Part shown: piece by piece, positions 1 through 9,665 of the stretch
How the letters are laid out: every line of letters starts with the position of its first letter
How positions within the stretch are numbered: the stretch's first letter is position 1
Origin: an uncultured Candidatus Sumerlaeota bacterium
Lineage (GTDB): Bacteria; Sumerlaeota; Sumerlaeia; MVZB01; JAJFLK01
Length of the DNA stretch: 64,000 nucleotides
NCBI GenBank assembly: GCA_964598765.1
Contig: CAZRCZ010000018.1
Location: forward strand, 19,086 to 83,085
Direction: 5' to 3'
Program-made: the position numbers and the translations under genes
The notes under the pieces: model-generated
What the model was told of the DNA's origin: nothing
What the model saw: only the letters and a program-made list of their open reading frames with translations
The model's database searches: none

Positions 1-5
1 TGTTC

Positions 6-26
6 ATCCGTGCAATCCGTGTCCCA
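6..26. repeat. Right arm of periodic inverted-repeat element (CACGGAT type), truncated by window edge
   Basis: ATCCGTGCAATCCGTGTCCCA; shares ATCCGTGTCCCA with the right arm at 13391-13402; abuts gatA stop. Confidence 0.65.
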
Positions 27-27
27 C

Positions 28-1530
28 TTAAGTTTCTGTCTCCAAAGCCGTTTCGATCGGCGGGCGGCGGAGGTGGTGATCCGTCGCCTGCTCGTAGGCG
101 TAGGCCGCCTGAAGAATTTTTTCCTCGCCAAACGCCGGAGCCATGATTTGAAGGCCGATGGGAAGGTCCTCGGCCTTGGTGAATCCGCAGGGAATACTGA
201 CGCACGGAATCCCGACCAGATTGACGGGGATCGTGAAGACGTCGGAGAGATACATCTGAAGCGGGTCGGACATTTTTTCGCCGAGTTTGAACGCCGGAGT
301 CGGCGAGGTCGGCGTGACGATCAAATCCACTTCCTCGAACGCCAAATCGAAATCGCGCTTCATGAGTGTCCGGACCTTGAGCGCCTTCAAATAATAGGCG
401 TCGTAAAAGCCGGCGGAAAGAGCGTAAGTTCCGAGCATGATCCGGCGTTTGACTTCCGCCCCGAAACCTTCGGAGCGCGTCTTCGTGAACATCTCGATGA
501 TGTCGCGCGTGTCCTTGGCGCGATAGCCGTATTGCGCGCCGTCGTAGCGGGCGAGATTGGACGACGCCTCGGCGGTGGCGCAAAGATAATAGGTGGCGAC
601 GGCGTATTGCGTGTGGGGAAGCGAAATTTCCACGAGCCTCGCGCCGAGATCGGTCAATTTTCTCGCGGCTTCGCGCACGGTCAGCTCGACTTCATAGTCC
701 ATTCCCTCGATGAAGTATTCCTTGGGGAGGCCGATTTTCATTCCGCGAATGTCCTTACCGAGAGACGCTTCGAAATCGGGAACGGGACCGGGCGCGGAAG
801 TGGAATCGTTGGGATCGTGTCCGGCAATCGCGTTCATCAAAATTGCCGCGTCGCGCACGTCGCGGGTGATGGGACCGATTTGATCGAGCGACGAGGCAAA
901 CGCGACTAAGCCGTAACGCGAGACGCGGCCATAGGTTGGTTTTAAGCCGACGACGCTACAAAGCGCGGCGGGTTGCCGAATGGAGCCGCCCGTATCCGAT
1001 CCCAGCGCTCCGGCGCATTCTCCGGCGGAGACGGCGGCGGCCGAACCACCGGACGATCCCCCCGGAATCCGATCCAAGTCCCAAGGATTGTAGGTCGGAT
1101 GGTAAGCGGAATTTTCGCAGGAAGAACCCATGGCGAATTCGTCCATGTTCATTTTGCCGAGGAAAACCGCGCCCGCCGATTTGAGGCGCGAGATGACCGT
1201 CGCGTCATAGGGAGGGACAAAATTCTCCAAAATCTTTGAGGCGCAAGTGGTCTTGATCCCGCGCGCGCAGAGGTTGTCCTTGATGCCGAGGGGAATTCCC
1301 AAGAGTCGTCCGCGCTCGCCGCCCTTGAGGCGGGCGTCGGCGGAGTCGGCCTGCTCCAAGGCCAAATCCGGCGTCAGCGTCAGATAGGCTTGGATGTGCG
1401 GCTCGACCGCGCCGATTCGATCCAGAAAAGCTTGGGTGATCTCGCGGCTGGAGACCTCTTTCCTTTCCAAAAGGTCCGCCAGTTGCGAAATCGTTTGTTC
1501 ATGCAAGGGGGTTGATGGGTGGGAACTCAT
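28..1530 (-). CDS. gatA: Asp/Glu-tRNA amidotransferase subunit A
   Basis: Amidase signature [11 protein letters not shown]...[31 protein letters not shown]; ATG at 1530 overlaps gatC stop. Confidence 0.97.
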   Translation of the reverse strand: MSSHPSTPLHEQTISQLADLLERKEVSSREITQAFLDRIGAVEPHIQAYLTLTPDLALEQADSADARLKGGERGRLLGIPLGIKDNLCARGIKTTCASKILENFVPPYDATVISRLKSAGAVFLGKMNMDEFAMGSSCENSAYHPTYNPWDLDRIPGGSSGGSAAAVSAGECAGALGSDTGGSIRQPAALCSVVGLKPTYGRVSRYGLVAFASSLDQIGPITRDVRDAAILMNAIAGHDPNDSTSAPGPVPDFEASLGKDIRGMKIGLPKEYFIEGMDYEVELTVREAARKLTDLGARLVEISLPHTQYAVATYYLCATAEASSNLARYDGAQYGYRAKDTRDIIEMFTKTRSEGFGAEVKRRIMLGTYALSAGFYDAYYLKALKVRTLMKRDFDLAFEEVDLIVTPTSPTPAFKLGEKMSDPLQMYLSDVFTIPVNLVGIPCVSIPCGFTKAEDLPIGLQIMAPAFGEEKILQAAYAYEQATDHHLRRPPIETALETET

Positions 1531-1820
1531 CCCTGAATGATCGGCGGGACGCGGAAACATTGCGCCTCATGTTCGGGCGCGTTGGCAAGCGCCTCCTCCG
1601 GCGTCAAGCTGGGGCGAGGAACATCCTCGCGGAAGACGTTGACCAGCGGGAGGGCATGGGAAGTCGGCTCGACGTTCGTGGTGCTAAGTTGGTCCAATTT
1701 TCCGGCGTATTCGAGAATCGCGTTGAGTTGATCGGAATAGAGGGCGGTTTGTTCCGGCGTCAGCGAGAGGCGCGAAAGCCGGGCCACCTTTTCGATCTCT
1801 TGGCGCGAAATTTTACTCAT
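1527..1820 (-). CDS. gatC: Asp/Glu-tRNA amidotransferase subunit C
   Basis: [15 protein letters not shown]...VEPTSH...NVFRED...LANAP...FRVPPII; directly upstream of gatA. Confidence 0.95.
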   Translation of the reverse strand: MSKISRQEIEKVARLSRLSLTPEQTALYSDQLNAILEYAGKLDQLSTTNVEPTSHALPLVNVFREDVPRPSLTPEEALANAPEHEAQCFRVPPIIQG

Positions 1821-2238
1821 CGCCCCCGCGGTCCTCTTCCTCGCGCTCGGCGAAGCGATCCTCCTCGTCTTCCTCGAAAATATCCGGCTCGTCTCCTTCG
1901 GGCGGAGGCAGAGCCTCTTCATCCTGAGGCATAATGGGTTTGGCTTCGACTTCCTCCTCCTCGATAGCCGCCGCTTTTTCCGCCGCCACGGCCGCCTTGA
2001 TCTTGGCCGCGACCTCGCTCTTCGGAGCCGATCCCACCTTCTTGAGCTTGGCGTATTTCAGCATCAATTTCTTTTGCCCCTCTTCTGGGAATACGACAAT
2101 GGCCTTGGCGAGCTCGCCCGATCCCGAGCGAAACAGCACCGTTCCGACGCCCCATTGAGCGTGCTTCACCTGATCGCCGATGGCGATTTCATCCCACGGT
2201 TTGGGTTCGGCATCCTTGTCTTTGGTCTTGGTTGTCAT
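1813..2238 (-). CDS. Stand-alone PcrA/UvrD C-terminal Tudor-like domain with acidic tail
   Basis: GDQVKHAQWGVGTV...G.G...VVFPEEGQKKLMLKYAKL matches the PcrA/UvrD CTD pattern; GGAGG-like RBS; stop overlaps gatC start. Confidence 0.75.
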   Translation of the reverse strand: MTTKTKDKDAEPKPWDEIAIGDQVKHAQWGVGTVLFRSGSGELAKAIVVFPEEGQKKLMLKYAKLKKVGSAPKSEVAAKIKAAVAAEKAAAIEEEEVEAKPIMPQDEEALPPPEGDEPDIFEEDEEDRFAEREEEDRGGDE

Positions 2239-2310
2239 GCTTTCATCCCTCCATCAAACCTGAGAGCATCTCAAAATTTGCCCCGCCGACGCAATCGAAA
2301 TTGCGCCGAT

Positions 2311-3105
2311 TTATTGCATCCTCAAGCCGCCGCAAACCGTAAAGGCTTGGCCGGTCATGCCGGAGGATTCGTCGCCGGCCAGAAAAAGCACGGCCTTGGC
2401 CACTTCCTCGGCGCTCACCATTCTGCCGAGCGGAACACCGTTGACGGCCTGACGCTGGGCTTTTTCGAGCGGGATTCCCCTCGCTTCGGCCCGCGCGGCG
2501 ATGACGCGGTTCATCCGTTCCCCTTCGACCGCTCCCGGGCAGACGCAATTGACGCGGATTTTTTTCGGCCCCAATTCGGCGGCCATCGAATGATTCAGGC
2601 CGATCATGCCCCATTTCGAGGCGGCGTAGGGGGTCCGCAGAGGATAACCGATCCTTCCCGCCACCGAGGAAATGTTCACGATAGCGCCGCCTCCGGAACG
2701 AATCATTTTGCGGACAGCGTGCTTGGAGCAAAGAAACGCGCCCGTCAGATTGGTCCGGAGTGTCGCTTCCCATTCCTCAAGCGTCACGTCCGAGACCAAT
2801 TTGGTCGGCCCCTCGACGCCCGCATTGTTGACGAGAATATCCAATCGTCCGAACGCGCCGATGGTCCGGTCAATCATCCGCTCGACGGAGGCTTCGTCTC
2901 CCACGTCGGTGACGATGGCCTCGGCCTTGCGGTCCATCGCGCGGACGGCGGCGGCGACGGCTTCCAAGCGGTCCTTGCTCCGCGCGGCAAGCGCGGCGTC
3001 GGCTCCTTCGCGCGCGAACGCCAGCGCAATGACCTCGCCGATGCCGTATCCCGCGCCCGTGACGATCACGACCTTGTTTTCAAATCGCAACATCCGCTTC
3101 TCCAT
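2311..3105 (-). CDS. Short-chain dehydrogenase/reductase
   Basis: TGAGYGIG, NNAG, YAASK motifs. Confidence 0.93.
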   Translation of the reverse strand: MEKRMLRFENKVVIVTGAGYGIGEVIALAFAREGADAALAARSKDRLEAVAAAVRAMDRKAEAIVTDVGDEASVERMIDRTIGAFGRLDILVNNAGVEGPTKLVSDVTLEEWEATLRTNLTGAFLCSKHAVRKMIRSGGGAIVNISSVAGRIGYPLRTPYAASKWGMIGLNHSMAAELGPKKIRVNCVCPGAVEGERMNRVIAARAEARGIPLEKAQRQAVNGVPLGRMVSAEEVAKAVLFLAGDESSGMTGQAFTVCGGLRMQ

Positions 3106-3257
3106 CAATAGAAAGCAGGATAATGCTCCAGTCGGCGGGAATCCAGCGCAAACCCAAGCGTTCCGGAGGCTTTCTTCTTGCTCGGTTGACGTGGGTGTCT
3201 TAGATTCAAAGGAAGCCCGGCGGCTGAAATGTCGGCGGGAAGGAATAGGTCAAAGCG

Positions 3258-4292
3258 ATGCAGAAGCGAATAGATCAGAGGCCGCTCAAGGGCGCGAGGG
3301 CATCCCAATCCGAGGGCGTGAAGGCTCCATTGGACATTCGTTCCATTACCCGCCGCTTGGTCGAAACGTATCGTGAAGAGTTGCCGCTCAATCATCTGCA
3401 TCAATCGGAACTTCCTAACCGCGAGAAGGCCATCGCGATTCTTCATCAGGTCAAGGACATTCTTTTTCCCGACCATCGTTTGCTCCAGCGTATCCGGCAG
3501 GGGGACACGGAGTATCATGCGGGCGGATTGATGGAGGCGATCGAAGGGGATTTGTTTCAGCAGATTCTTCTGGCGCGAGCCTACGCCGAGCATGATCGAA
3601 GGACCGAGGAGGAAATCGAAACGCAATCGCGAGCCGACACGATGGAATTTTTGAGCCGTCTGCCCGATTTGAGGCACATCCTCTCGCAGGACGTTCAGGC
3701 CGCCTACGAAGGCGACCCGGCGGCGACGTCATTCGATGAAATCATTTTTTGCTATCCCGGCTTCGAGGCGATTTCCACCTATCGCATCGCGCACGAGCTT
3801 CACCGCCTCGGCATTCCGCTTCTGCCCCGGATCATGACCGAGCACGCGCACAGCGTCACCGGTTGCGACATTCATCCGGGGGCGAAGATCGGCGGCTCGT
3901 TCTTCATAGACCACGCCACGGGGGTCGTCATCGGCGCGACGGCGATCCTCGGCGAGCGCGTCAAACTCTATCAGGGAGTCACGCTCGGCGCGCTCTCGTT
4001 CCACCTCGACGCGCAAGGAAACGTCATCCGCACGACCAAGCGCCACCCAACGCTGGAGGACGGCGTTGTCATTTATGCGGGCGCGACGGTGCTCGGCGGC
4101 GAGACCGTGATCGGCAAGGGAAGCGTGATCGGCGGCTCGTGCTGGATCACCCGTTCGCTTCCTCCGTATTCCAAGGTTATTCTCAGCGAGCCGCAGATGC
4201 GGATTCACACCCCTTCCAAGGGAGAAACCGCGCCCTCGGATAAATCAGGCGCGAAGGAATCCAAAAGGAAGGAAGCCGATTGGTGTATCTGA
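3258..4292 (+). CDS. cysE: Serine O-acetyltransferase (long EpsC-like form)
   Basis: GDPAA, YPG, DIHPGAKIG, FIDHATGVVIG, YQGVTLGA, KRHPT; start uncertain. Confidence 0.92.
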   Translation: MQKRIDQRPLKGARASQSEGVKAPLDIRSITRRLVETYREELPLNHLHQSELPNREKAIAILHQVKDILFPDHRLLQRIRQGDTEYHAGGLMEAIEGDLFQQILLARAYAEHDRRTEEEIETQSRADTMEFLSRLPDLRHILSQDVQAAYEGDPAATSFDEIIFCYPGFEAISTYRIAHELHRLGIPLLPRIMTEHAHSVTGCDIHPGAKIGGSFFIDHATGVVIGATAILGERVKLYQGVTLGALSFHLDAQGNVIRTTKRHPTLEDGVVIYAGATVLGGETVIGKGSVIGGSCWITRSLPPYSKVILSEPQMRIHTPSKGETAPSDKSGAKESKRKEADWCI

Positions 4293-4310
4293 AGCGAACC
4301 TTCAATTAAA

Positions 4311-4390
4311 AATTCACCACGGAGACATAGAGAAGTTTGTCAAATGCGGGGACCGATCCAGCCAACCTCTCTGTGTCTCTGTGGTGAGTT
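4311..4390. repeat. Periodic inverted-repeat element (CACAGAG type)
   Basis: AATTCACCACGGAGACATAGAGA ... TCTCTGTGTCTCTGTGGTGAGTT. Confidence 0.85.
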
Positions 4391-4408
4391 CTTCCGTGGG
4401 AATTTTCC

Positions 4409-5173
4409 ATGATTCATTCGCTTGTCGCCGTGATGGCCCATCCCGACGACATTGAAATTCACGTCGCCGGTACGCTTTGCCTTCTGCGGGATCGCGGATG
4501 GGAGATTCATTTCGTGACGGTCTGCAACGGCGATTGCGGGAGCATGGAGCATCCCCGGCGAAAGATCGCGCAAATCCGAAAAAAGGAGGCCGAAGAAGCC
4601 GCGCGGCATTTCGGCGCGACCTATGACGGCTTGGGCGTGGGCGATCTCCGCGTGACCTATTCCCCCGCGATCAAAACGAAAATCGTCGCGGTCCTCCGCA
4701 AATACCACGCCGACGCGGTCATCACGCACGCGCGGCAGGATTACATGGCGGACCATGAAATAACCTCGATGCTGACGCGGGAGGCTTGCTTTGCCGCTCC
4801 CGCTCCGAATTGGCCGACGCACGGGAGACACAAACCGCCGGATTCAATTCCCGAACTTTATTACGCCGATCCGACCTCGCAAACCGACGCGAATGGAAAC
4901 GTCGTCGCGATGCCCATCGTTATTGACGTGGGTTCCGTGATGAAGGAGAAGGAGGCGCTCCTTGCCTGCCACGCCTCGCAACGCGATTGGCTCAAGAAAC
5001 AGCACGGCGAGGACAATTACATCTTAACCATGCGCGAATGGGGTCGAAATCGCGGGAAGCAGGCCGGTTTTGAATACGGCGAAGGATTGACCCAACATTT
5101 GGGGCATCCGTTTCCGAAGCAATCCAAATTGCTTCGCGCGCTTGGAAAACTCGCGCGCGTTCAAGAAGCCTGA
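4409..5173 (+). CDS. PIG-L/LmbE family deacetylase
   Basis: AHPDD motif, RKKEAEEAA, THxxxDYMADH. Confidence 0.9.
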   Translation: MIHSLVAVMAHPDDIEIHVAGTLCLLRDRGWEIHFVTVCNGDCGSMEHPRRKIAQIRKKEAEEAARHFGATYDGLGVGDLRVTYSPAIKTKIVAVLRKYHADAVITHARQDYMADHEITSMLTREACFAAPAPNWPTHGRHKPPDSIPELYYADPTSQTDANGNVVAMPIVIDVGSVMKEKEALLACHASQRDWLKKQHGEDNYILTMREWGRNRGKQAGFEYGEGLTQHLGHPFPKQSKLLRALGKLARVQEA

Positions 5174-7599
5174 GTCATTTCCCGGTTTGGATTTCGGATC
5201 TTCCCCAGCGATAAATACGCAAGCAACAACGCCGCGAGGTAGCACCCCATTCCCAGCAAGAGACAGTAAGAATATCCGTAACGAATCGCCAGAATCATCG
5301 CGCCGACCGACGCCAAGACCGAACACGCCCCGTTCATCCCCCACATCCAAGGAATGACCTCGTCGCGTCTAGCGGCTCCGATCAGCTTTAGCCCGCAGGG
5401 GAAAGGAACGCCCATTAAGAATCCAAGCGCTCCAAGAATTAAAATGGAGAGGAATACCTTTCCCGCAAGCGGCCAACCTTGAAATGCCAAAAACGCCGGA
5501 CCCAGAAGAATCGCCAGCAACGCCAGAAAGCAGATTGCGGAAACCAGAACGGCGGCTAATCTGACGACTACCCGAGAGGAACCGGCGAGTCGCCGCGTCG
5601 AGAGGCTACCCAGTCCGCTGAAGAAAAGCATGGAGGTGAGCACGACGGAGGCGGCGTAAAGCGGATGGCCGAGAAACAGGACGAATCGTTGCACGAGCGA
5701 GATTTCGACCATCATGTAGGCGACGCCCAACGCCGCGAAATAAGCCAATGCGCTCAGATTGGAATGGAAAATTCGCCAAGCTTCGATCGGGGAAGGGCCT
5801 CCCAAAATCGGGAACGCCATCGGCAAGATCACCATCAACAGGGTTACGGCGGCCACCCAGATGAATAGCATCCCCAACAGCCGAAATGCCTTCCAGTGTC
5901 CCCCCGCTCCCTTTGATCCGAATGACTTCTGCATCTGAAAAAAGAAAGGGCGGTCGTCGGTCGTCGCCGTGACGTCGTCCGGATAGTCGCGCGCGAATTG
6001 CTCCTTGTCGGGAGCGCGCATGAACGGTTGATAAATCGGATGCGCTTCGGCACAACGCGCCATGACCAATTCGTCGAATCCGCGCGCCGTGTCGTTGCGG
6101 GTCAGTCGGTCGCAATCGGCCGCCGTGAACGGCGTCCGCTTCACGATCATCGTGGCGACTCCCATGTTTTGAATGACGGCGATGTGCTCCCCCGGATCGC
6201 GGACGCTCGTTCTCTCCAGCGCGCTCCAAGCCAAGACCATCATGCGCAGAGTCCCGGGACTGAGCCAATGCGAGACCGTCAGGACGCCGTCGGGATTGAG
6301 GTGATCGAGGTAAAGGCGGAAGGCCTCGACGGTATAGAGGTTGTTCTCGGCCAAGGCGAACGCGCCGGCAAGCGTGGCCGCGAAGGAGTCAATGAGCGAA
6401 ATCTGGATCAGATCAAATTTCTCGCCGCTCTGACGCAATGATGTTCGACCGTCGCCGATCCGCGTCTCGACGCCGGGATAAGAATAAATGTGGCCTGAAA
6501 AATTGCCGTAGGATTGATCCACAATCCGGACGATGTTGGGGTTCAGCTCGGCGGCGACGACGCGAGGAACTCCGAAATGAAGCGCCGCAAGAATGTCGCG
6601 TCCGCCTCCGGGACCGATGATGAAGGCGTTTTGAAATTTGCCGAGGGCGTAGGCCGCGAAGGTGACGTCCTCATCGAGATAATTGTAGTGGTGAAGATCG
6701 GTCTTGAATTCGGTGATGGGGGTTCCGGCTCCCGCGTCCTGCTCGATCCACATCTCGCGCGGCTTGAAACTTCCCGCGTTCGCCGTCTTTCCCCAACCGA
6801 ACCCCGACGCATCCCGCTTCCAGAAAATGTCGTCGAAAACGGTGATCCGCGAAATCGGATTCCAACTTTCCAAGACGACTCCTTTCTCGACATAATCCTT
6901 GGTCACGGTGATCCGAAGAAGATTCGTCCCGCGATTGGCGAAGGGAAACGCGAAGCAAAGGACGGAGCAGAGAAGAGAGAGCGCGCGCGAACGGCGTCCC
7001 CCGAATGCAGAGGCGAACAAATGGGCCGCGAGAAAAATCGTCCCCGACGAAACCACGACCGCTTCGGGTCCGGTGATGAAGGAAGTCAGGGCAATCGCTC
7101 CGAGGCAACCGGCCGCGGCTCCGGCCAGATCGGCGAAGTAAATTCCGCTCGCCGATTCGGGACGATGCGTGAAAAGCAACGCGACAATAAATCCTCCCAG
7201 AAAAAAAGGGGGAAGAAAGAGCGAGAAGGGAATATAAACCGATGGCTCGCGAACCGATAGCCCCGGCAACGGATTTTCCATCAGGGCTTTTGGAGGCGGG
7301 AGATGAAGGTAGATAAATATCGCCGCCGTCAACGCGAGCGCGTAAAGTAACGTCAGCCGGACCAATTGCCCTCCCATCCGCTCGCGGGTGAAAAATCGCG
7401 GCGCGGCGTAGAGCAACGCTCCCGCCGCGCTCATCCCGAGCATGGCGAGGCTGATCGTCAGAAACGCGAAATGATACCACATCGTCACGGAGAAGATCCG
7501 CAGGAGCAACAGCTCGTTCATGAGCGTCGCGCCGCTGACCAGAAACACTCCGGCGAATGCGGCTTTGCTTAATTTTACATCCGGCATGGAACCATACAT
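5161..7599 (-). CDS. Polytopic membrane protein with central spermidine-synthase-like SAM-binding domain
   Basis: N- and C-terminal TM bundles, IIGPGGGRD, AELNP, DGR, LYTVEAF, TDDRPFF; start 7599 or 7587. Confidence 0.85.
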   Translation of the reverse strand: MYGSMPDVKLSKAAFAGVFLVSGATLMNELLLLRIFSVTMWYHFAFLTISLAMLGMSAAGALLYAAPRFFTRERMGGQLVRLTLLYALALTAAIFIYLHLPPPKALMENPLPGLSVREPSVYIPFSLFLPPFFLGGFIVALLFTHRPESASGIYFADLAGAAAGCLGAIALTSFITGPEAVVVSSGTIFLAAHLFASAFGGRRSRALSLLCSVLCFAFPFANRGTNLLRITVTKDYVEKGVVLESWNPISRITVFDDIFWKRDASGFGWGKTANAGSFKPREMWIEQDAGAGTPITEFKTDLHHYNYLDEDVTFAAYALGKFQNAFIIGPGGGRDILAALHFGVPRVVAAELNPNIVRIVDQSYGNFSGHIYSYPGVETRIGDGRTSLRQSGEKFDLIQISLIDSFAATLAGAFALAENNLYTVEAFRLYLDHLNPDGVLTVSHWLSPGTLRMMVLAWSALERTSVRDPGEHIAVIQNMGVATMIVKRTPFTAADCDRLTRNDTARGFDELVMARCAEAHPIYQPFMRAPDKEQFARDYPDDVTATTDDRPFFFQMQKSFGSKGAGGHWKAFRLLGMLFIWVAAVTLLMVILPMAFPILGGPSPIEAWRIFHSNLSALAYFAALGVAYMMVEISLVQRFVLFLGHPLYAASVVLTSMLFFSGLGSLSTRRLAGSSRVVVRLAAVLVSAICFLALLAILLGPAFLAFQGWPLAGKVFLSILILGALGFLMGVPFPCGLKLIGAARRDEVIPWMWGMNGACSVLASVGAMILAIRYGYSYCLLLGMGCYLAALLLAYLSLGKIRNPNREMTQAS

Positions 7600-7603
7600 G
7601 AAT

Positions 7604-8041
7604 TTAGGAGGGTTTCCGACTTTCTTCCAATCCCCACGCCTTCGCCGTGACCAATTCCACGCTGTTGCCCGCCGGATCACGGAAATAAATTGAAAATCCC
7701 CCGGATGGCCAAGTGTATTCCGTTTCGATGGCGATGCCGTTTTCACTCAGACGCTCGCGCCACGCCGGAATGTCCGCCTCGCGCATTTCGAAGGCGACGT
7801 GTCCCGGTCCACGCGCGCCGTGCGCCGGAATTCCCGCATGCGAATGTTGCGTGACCTCCGGATTGAAAACAAGAAAGACGCCGTGACCGGCCCGAAAAAA
7901 CACGTGCCGCCCCTCGACCCGCGCAAAGGGGATCAACCCCAGAACGCGGCTGTAAAATTCCTCCCCGGTCTTTAGGTCGTTGACGTAAATACAGGTTTCC
8001 AGCACCCGTTCGGCATTGATTCTAGGCAAAGGATCGTCCAT
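7604..8041 (-). CDS. VOC/glyoxalase family protein
   Basis: LETCIYVNDL, FYSRVLG, HGARGPGHVAF, SIYFRDPAGNSVEL. Confidence 0.9.
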   Translation of the reverse strand: MDDPLPRINAERVLETCIYVNDLKTGEEFYSRVLGLIPFARVEGRHVFFRAGHGVFLVFNPEVTQHSHAGIPAHGARGPGHVAFEMREADIPAWRERLSENGIAIETEYTWPSGGFSIYFRDPAGNSVELVTAKAWGLEESRKPS

Positions 8042-8126
8042 CGGATCCGAGTCGAAGTTCTCTCGCGTCGCTGAGCCGGAAGGCGCGCCTCATTCGCGGT
8101 CGTCGCAAGTTTGGGACAAAGCGTGA

Positions 8127-8429
8127 TCAGAAAAAATCGCCAAGGTATTCCTTGAGATTGATGACTCCCAGCCAATGAAGAAGACCCAAAATAAGGGCGG
8201 AAGCAATCAACATCTGAATCATCCGAATCAACACCCCGGGTCCTTGGCGCGACCTTTCAAGTTTGCTGTGCAGGCTATCCCCCAACGTCTTGCGCCGGAT
8301 GGCGCACTCTTCACTGCAATAAACCGATCCTTCCCGATAGACAAGGCACTCGCGACAAATCGGTTTGCCGCAATCGGTGCACTTGGCGACCGCCAATTCT
8401 TCGGGGTGATTGAAACATTTAGCGTCCAT
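8127..8429 (-). CDS. B-box-type zinc finger protein with C-terminal TM helix
   Basis: CxxH...CxxCGKPICxxC...YCSxxC, hydrophobic C-terminus. Confidence 0.8.
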   Translation of the reverse strand: MDAKCFNHPEELAVAKCTDCGKPICRECLVYREGSVYCSEECAIRRKTLGDSLHSKLERSRQGPGVLIRMIQMLIASALILGLLHWLGVINLKEYLGDFF

Positions 8430-8512
8430 GTCGCTACGCTTCCCTGCAAAGAAAAGTATATGTCATAAATTGGCGCCAGACGCCAATTTATTTCAACGCC
8501 GAAGATCGCCGC

Positions 8513-8541
8513 TTGACCGCATGGCGCGAGTGATTCAAGAT
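8513..8541 (+). promoter_or_regulatory. Putative sigma70 promoter (near-leaderless) of FHA-cyclase
   Basis: TTGACC-17 nt-CAAGAT, 8 nt before ATG, no SD. Confidence 0.4.
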
Positions 8542-8549
8542 AAGCGACG

Positions 8550-9509
8550 ATGGAGCCGGCAAGCCAAAAAGCCAAGGTCATTGTCACGCCCGAAGGGGGC
8601 GCGGAGTCCGTGATCGAGCTGGGCGAACGGCTGACCATTGGCCGCTCGACGGGGAACCAACTCGTCGTGGACGACAACAACGCGTCGCGTCGCCATGCGG
8701 AAATTCGCCACGTCGCCGGAAGCCGCTATCGGCTGTTCGACGTCGGTAGCGCGAACGGAACATGGCTGAACGGACGGCGGTTGACCGCGCCGAAAGATTT
8801 GGAGGACGGCGATCAGATCGTCATCGGCAACGTGATGATGCGTTACGTGGGGACGGATGCCATCTCCTCCGGCGAGCACGCGACGACGAACACGTCGCTC
8901 TTCTCGACTTCGCTGGCGATGCGCAACGAGATCGCGCTGATTTTGGTCTCCGACATTCGAAATTTCACCGGCATGAGCGAAGTTCTCCCCGCGCAGGAAT
9001 TTTCGCGCCTAATTTCGGATTGGTTCCGCGAGAGCAGTGAGATCGTCGAGCGGCATCAGGGGACCGTGGACAAGTTCATCGGCGACGCGGTGATGGTCTA
9101 TTGGCTGATTCCCAACCCTAGCGATCCTTCCAAGGAGGTCGGTGCCTCGCTGGATGCCGCGCGCGATTTGATCGAACGGGCAGGACAGTTTTCAATCCGT
9201 CTCTCCTCCCAGTTTCAAGGGCACAAGTTTCGCATTGGTGTCGGGATCAACATGGGGGAGGCAATCTTCGGAAACATCGGCACGGGGGCGAATCAATCCT
9301 TCACCATCGTCGGCGACAGCGTGAACGTCGCGTTCCGACTCGAAGCCCTGAGCAAGGAAAAGGGGTTTCCCGTGATCGTGAGCCGCTACGTCACCGACCA
9401 CGCGGGCAATGGATTTCAATTCCGCGATCTGGGCGAGGTCGAGGTTAAGGGACGTAAGGAACCGGTTTCGATCAAGGCGCTCAAGCTGGATCCCGAAACG
9501 AATTTTTGA
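8550..9509 (+). CDS. FHA domain + class III adenylate cyclase
   Basis: FHA: IGR, SRRHA, GSANGT; cyclase: SDIRNFT, DKFIGDAVM, TIVGDSVNVAFRLE, VKGR. Confidence 0.92.
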   Translation: MEPASQKAKVIVTPEGGAESVIELGERLTIGRSTGNQLVVDDNNASRRHAEIRHVAGSRYRLFDVGSANGTWLNGRRLTAPKDLEDGDQIVIGNVMMRYVGTDAISSGEHATTNTSLFSTSLAMRNEIALILVSDIRNFTGMSEVLPAQEFSRLISDWFRESSEIVERHQGTVDKFIGDAVMVYWLIPNPSDPSKEVGASLDAARDLIERAGQFSIRLSSQFQGHKFRIGVGINMGEAIFGNIGTGANQSFTIVGDSVNVAFRLEALSKEKGFPVIVSRYVTDHAGNGFQFRDLGEVEVKGRKEPVSIKALKLDPETNF

Positions 9510-9516
9510 TTTTGAC

Positions 9517-9609
9517 TCATCACCAAGACATAAAGACACCAAGAAGAAACACAAACGGAAAGATCAGGGGACTTACTCTTGCTTGGCGCCTTTGTGTCTT
9601 GGTGGTTGA
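9517..9609. repeat. Periodic inverted-repeat element (CACCAAG type)
   Basis: CACCAAGACATAAAGACACCAAG ... CTTGGCGCCTTTGTGTCTTGGTG. Confidence 0.85.
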
Positions 9610-9665
9610 AAAGATAACGGAGGATTTTCTCCACGCAGTTTGAAACTTCCACGATAAAGACGTGG

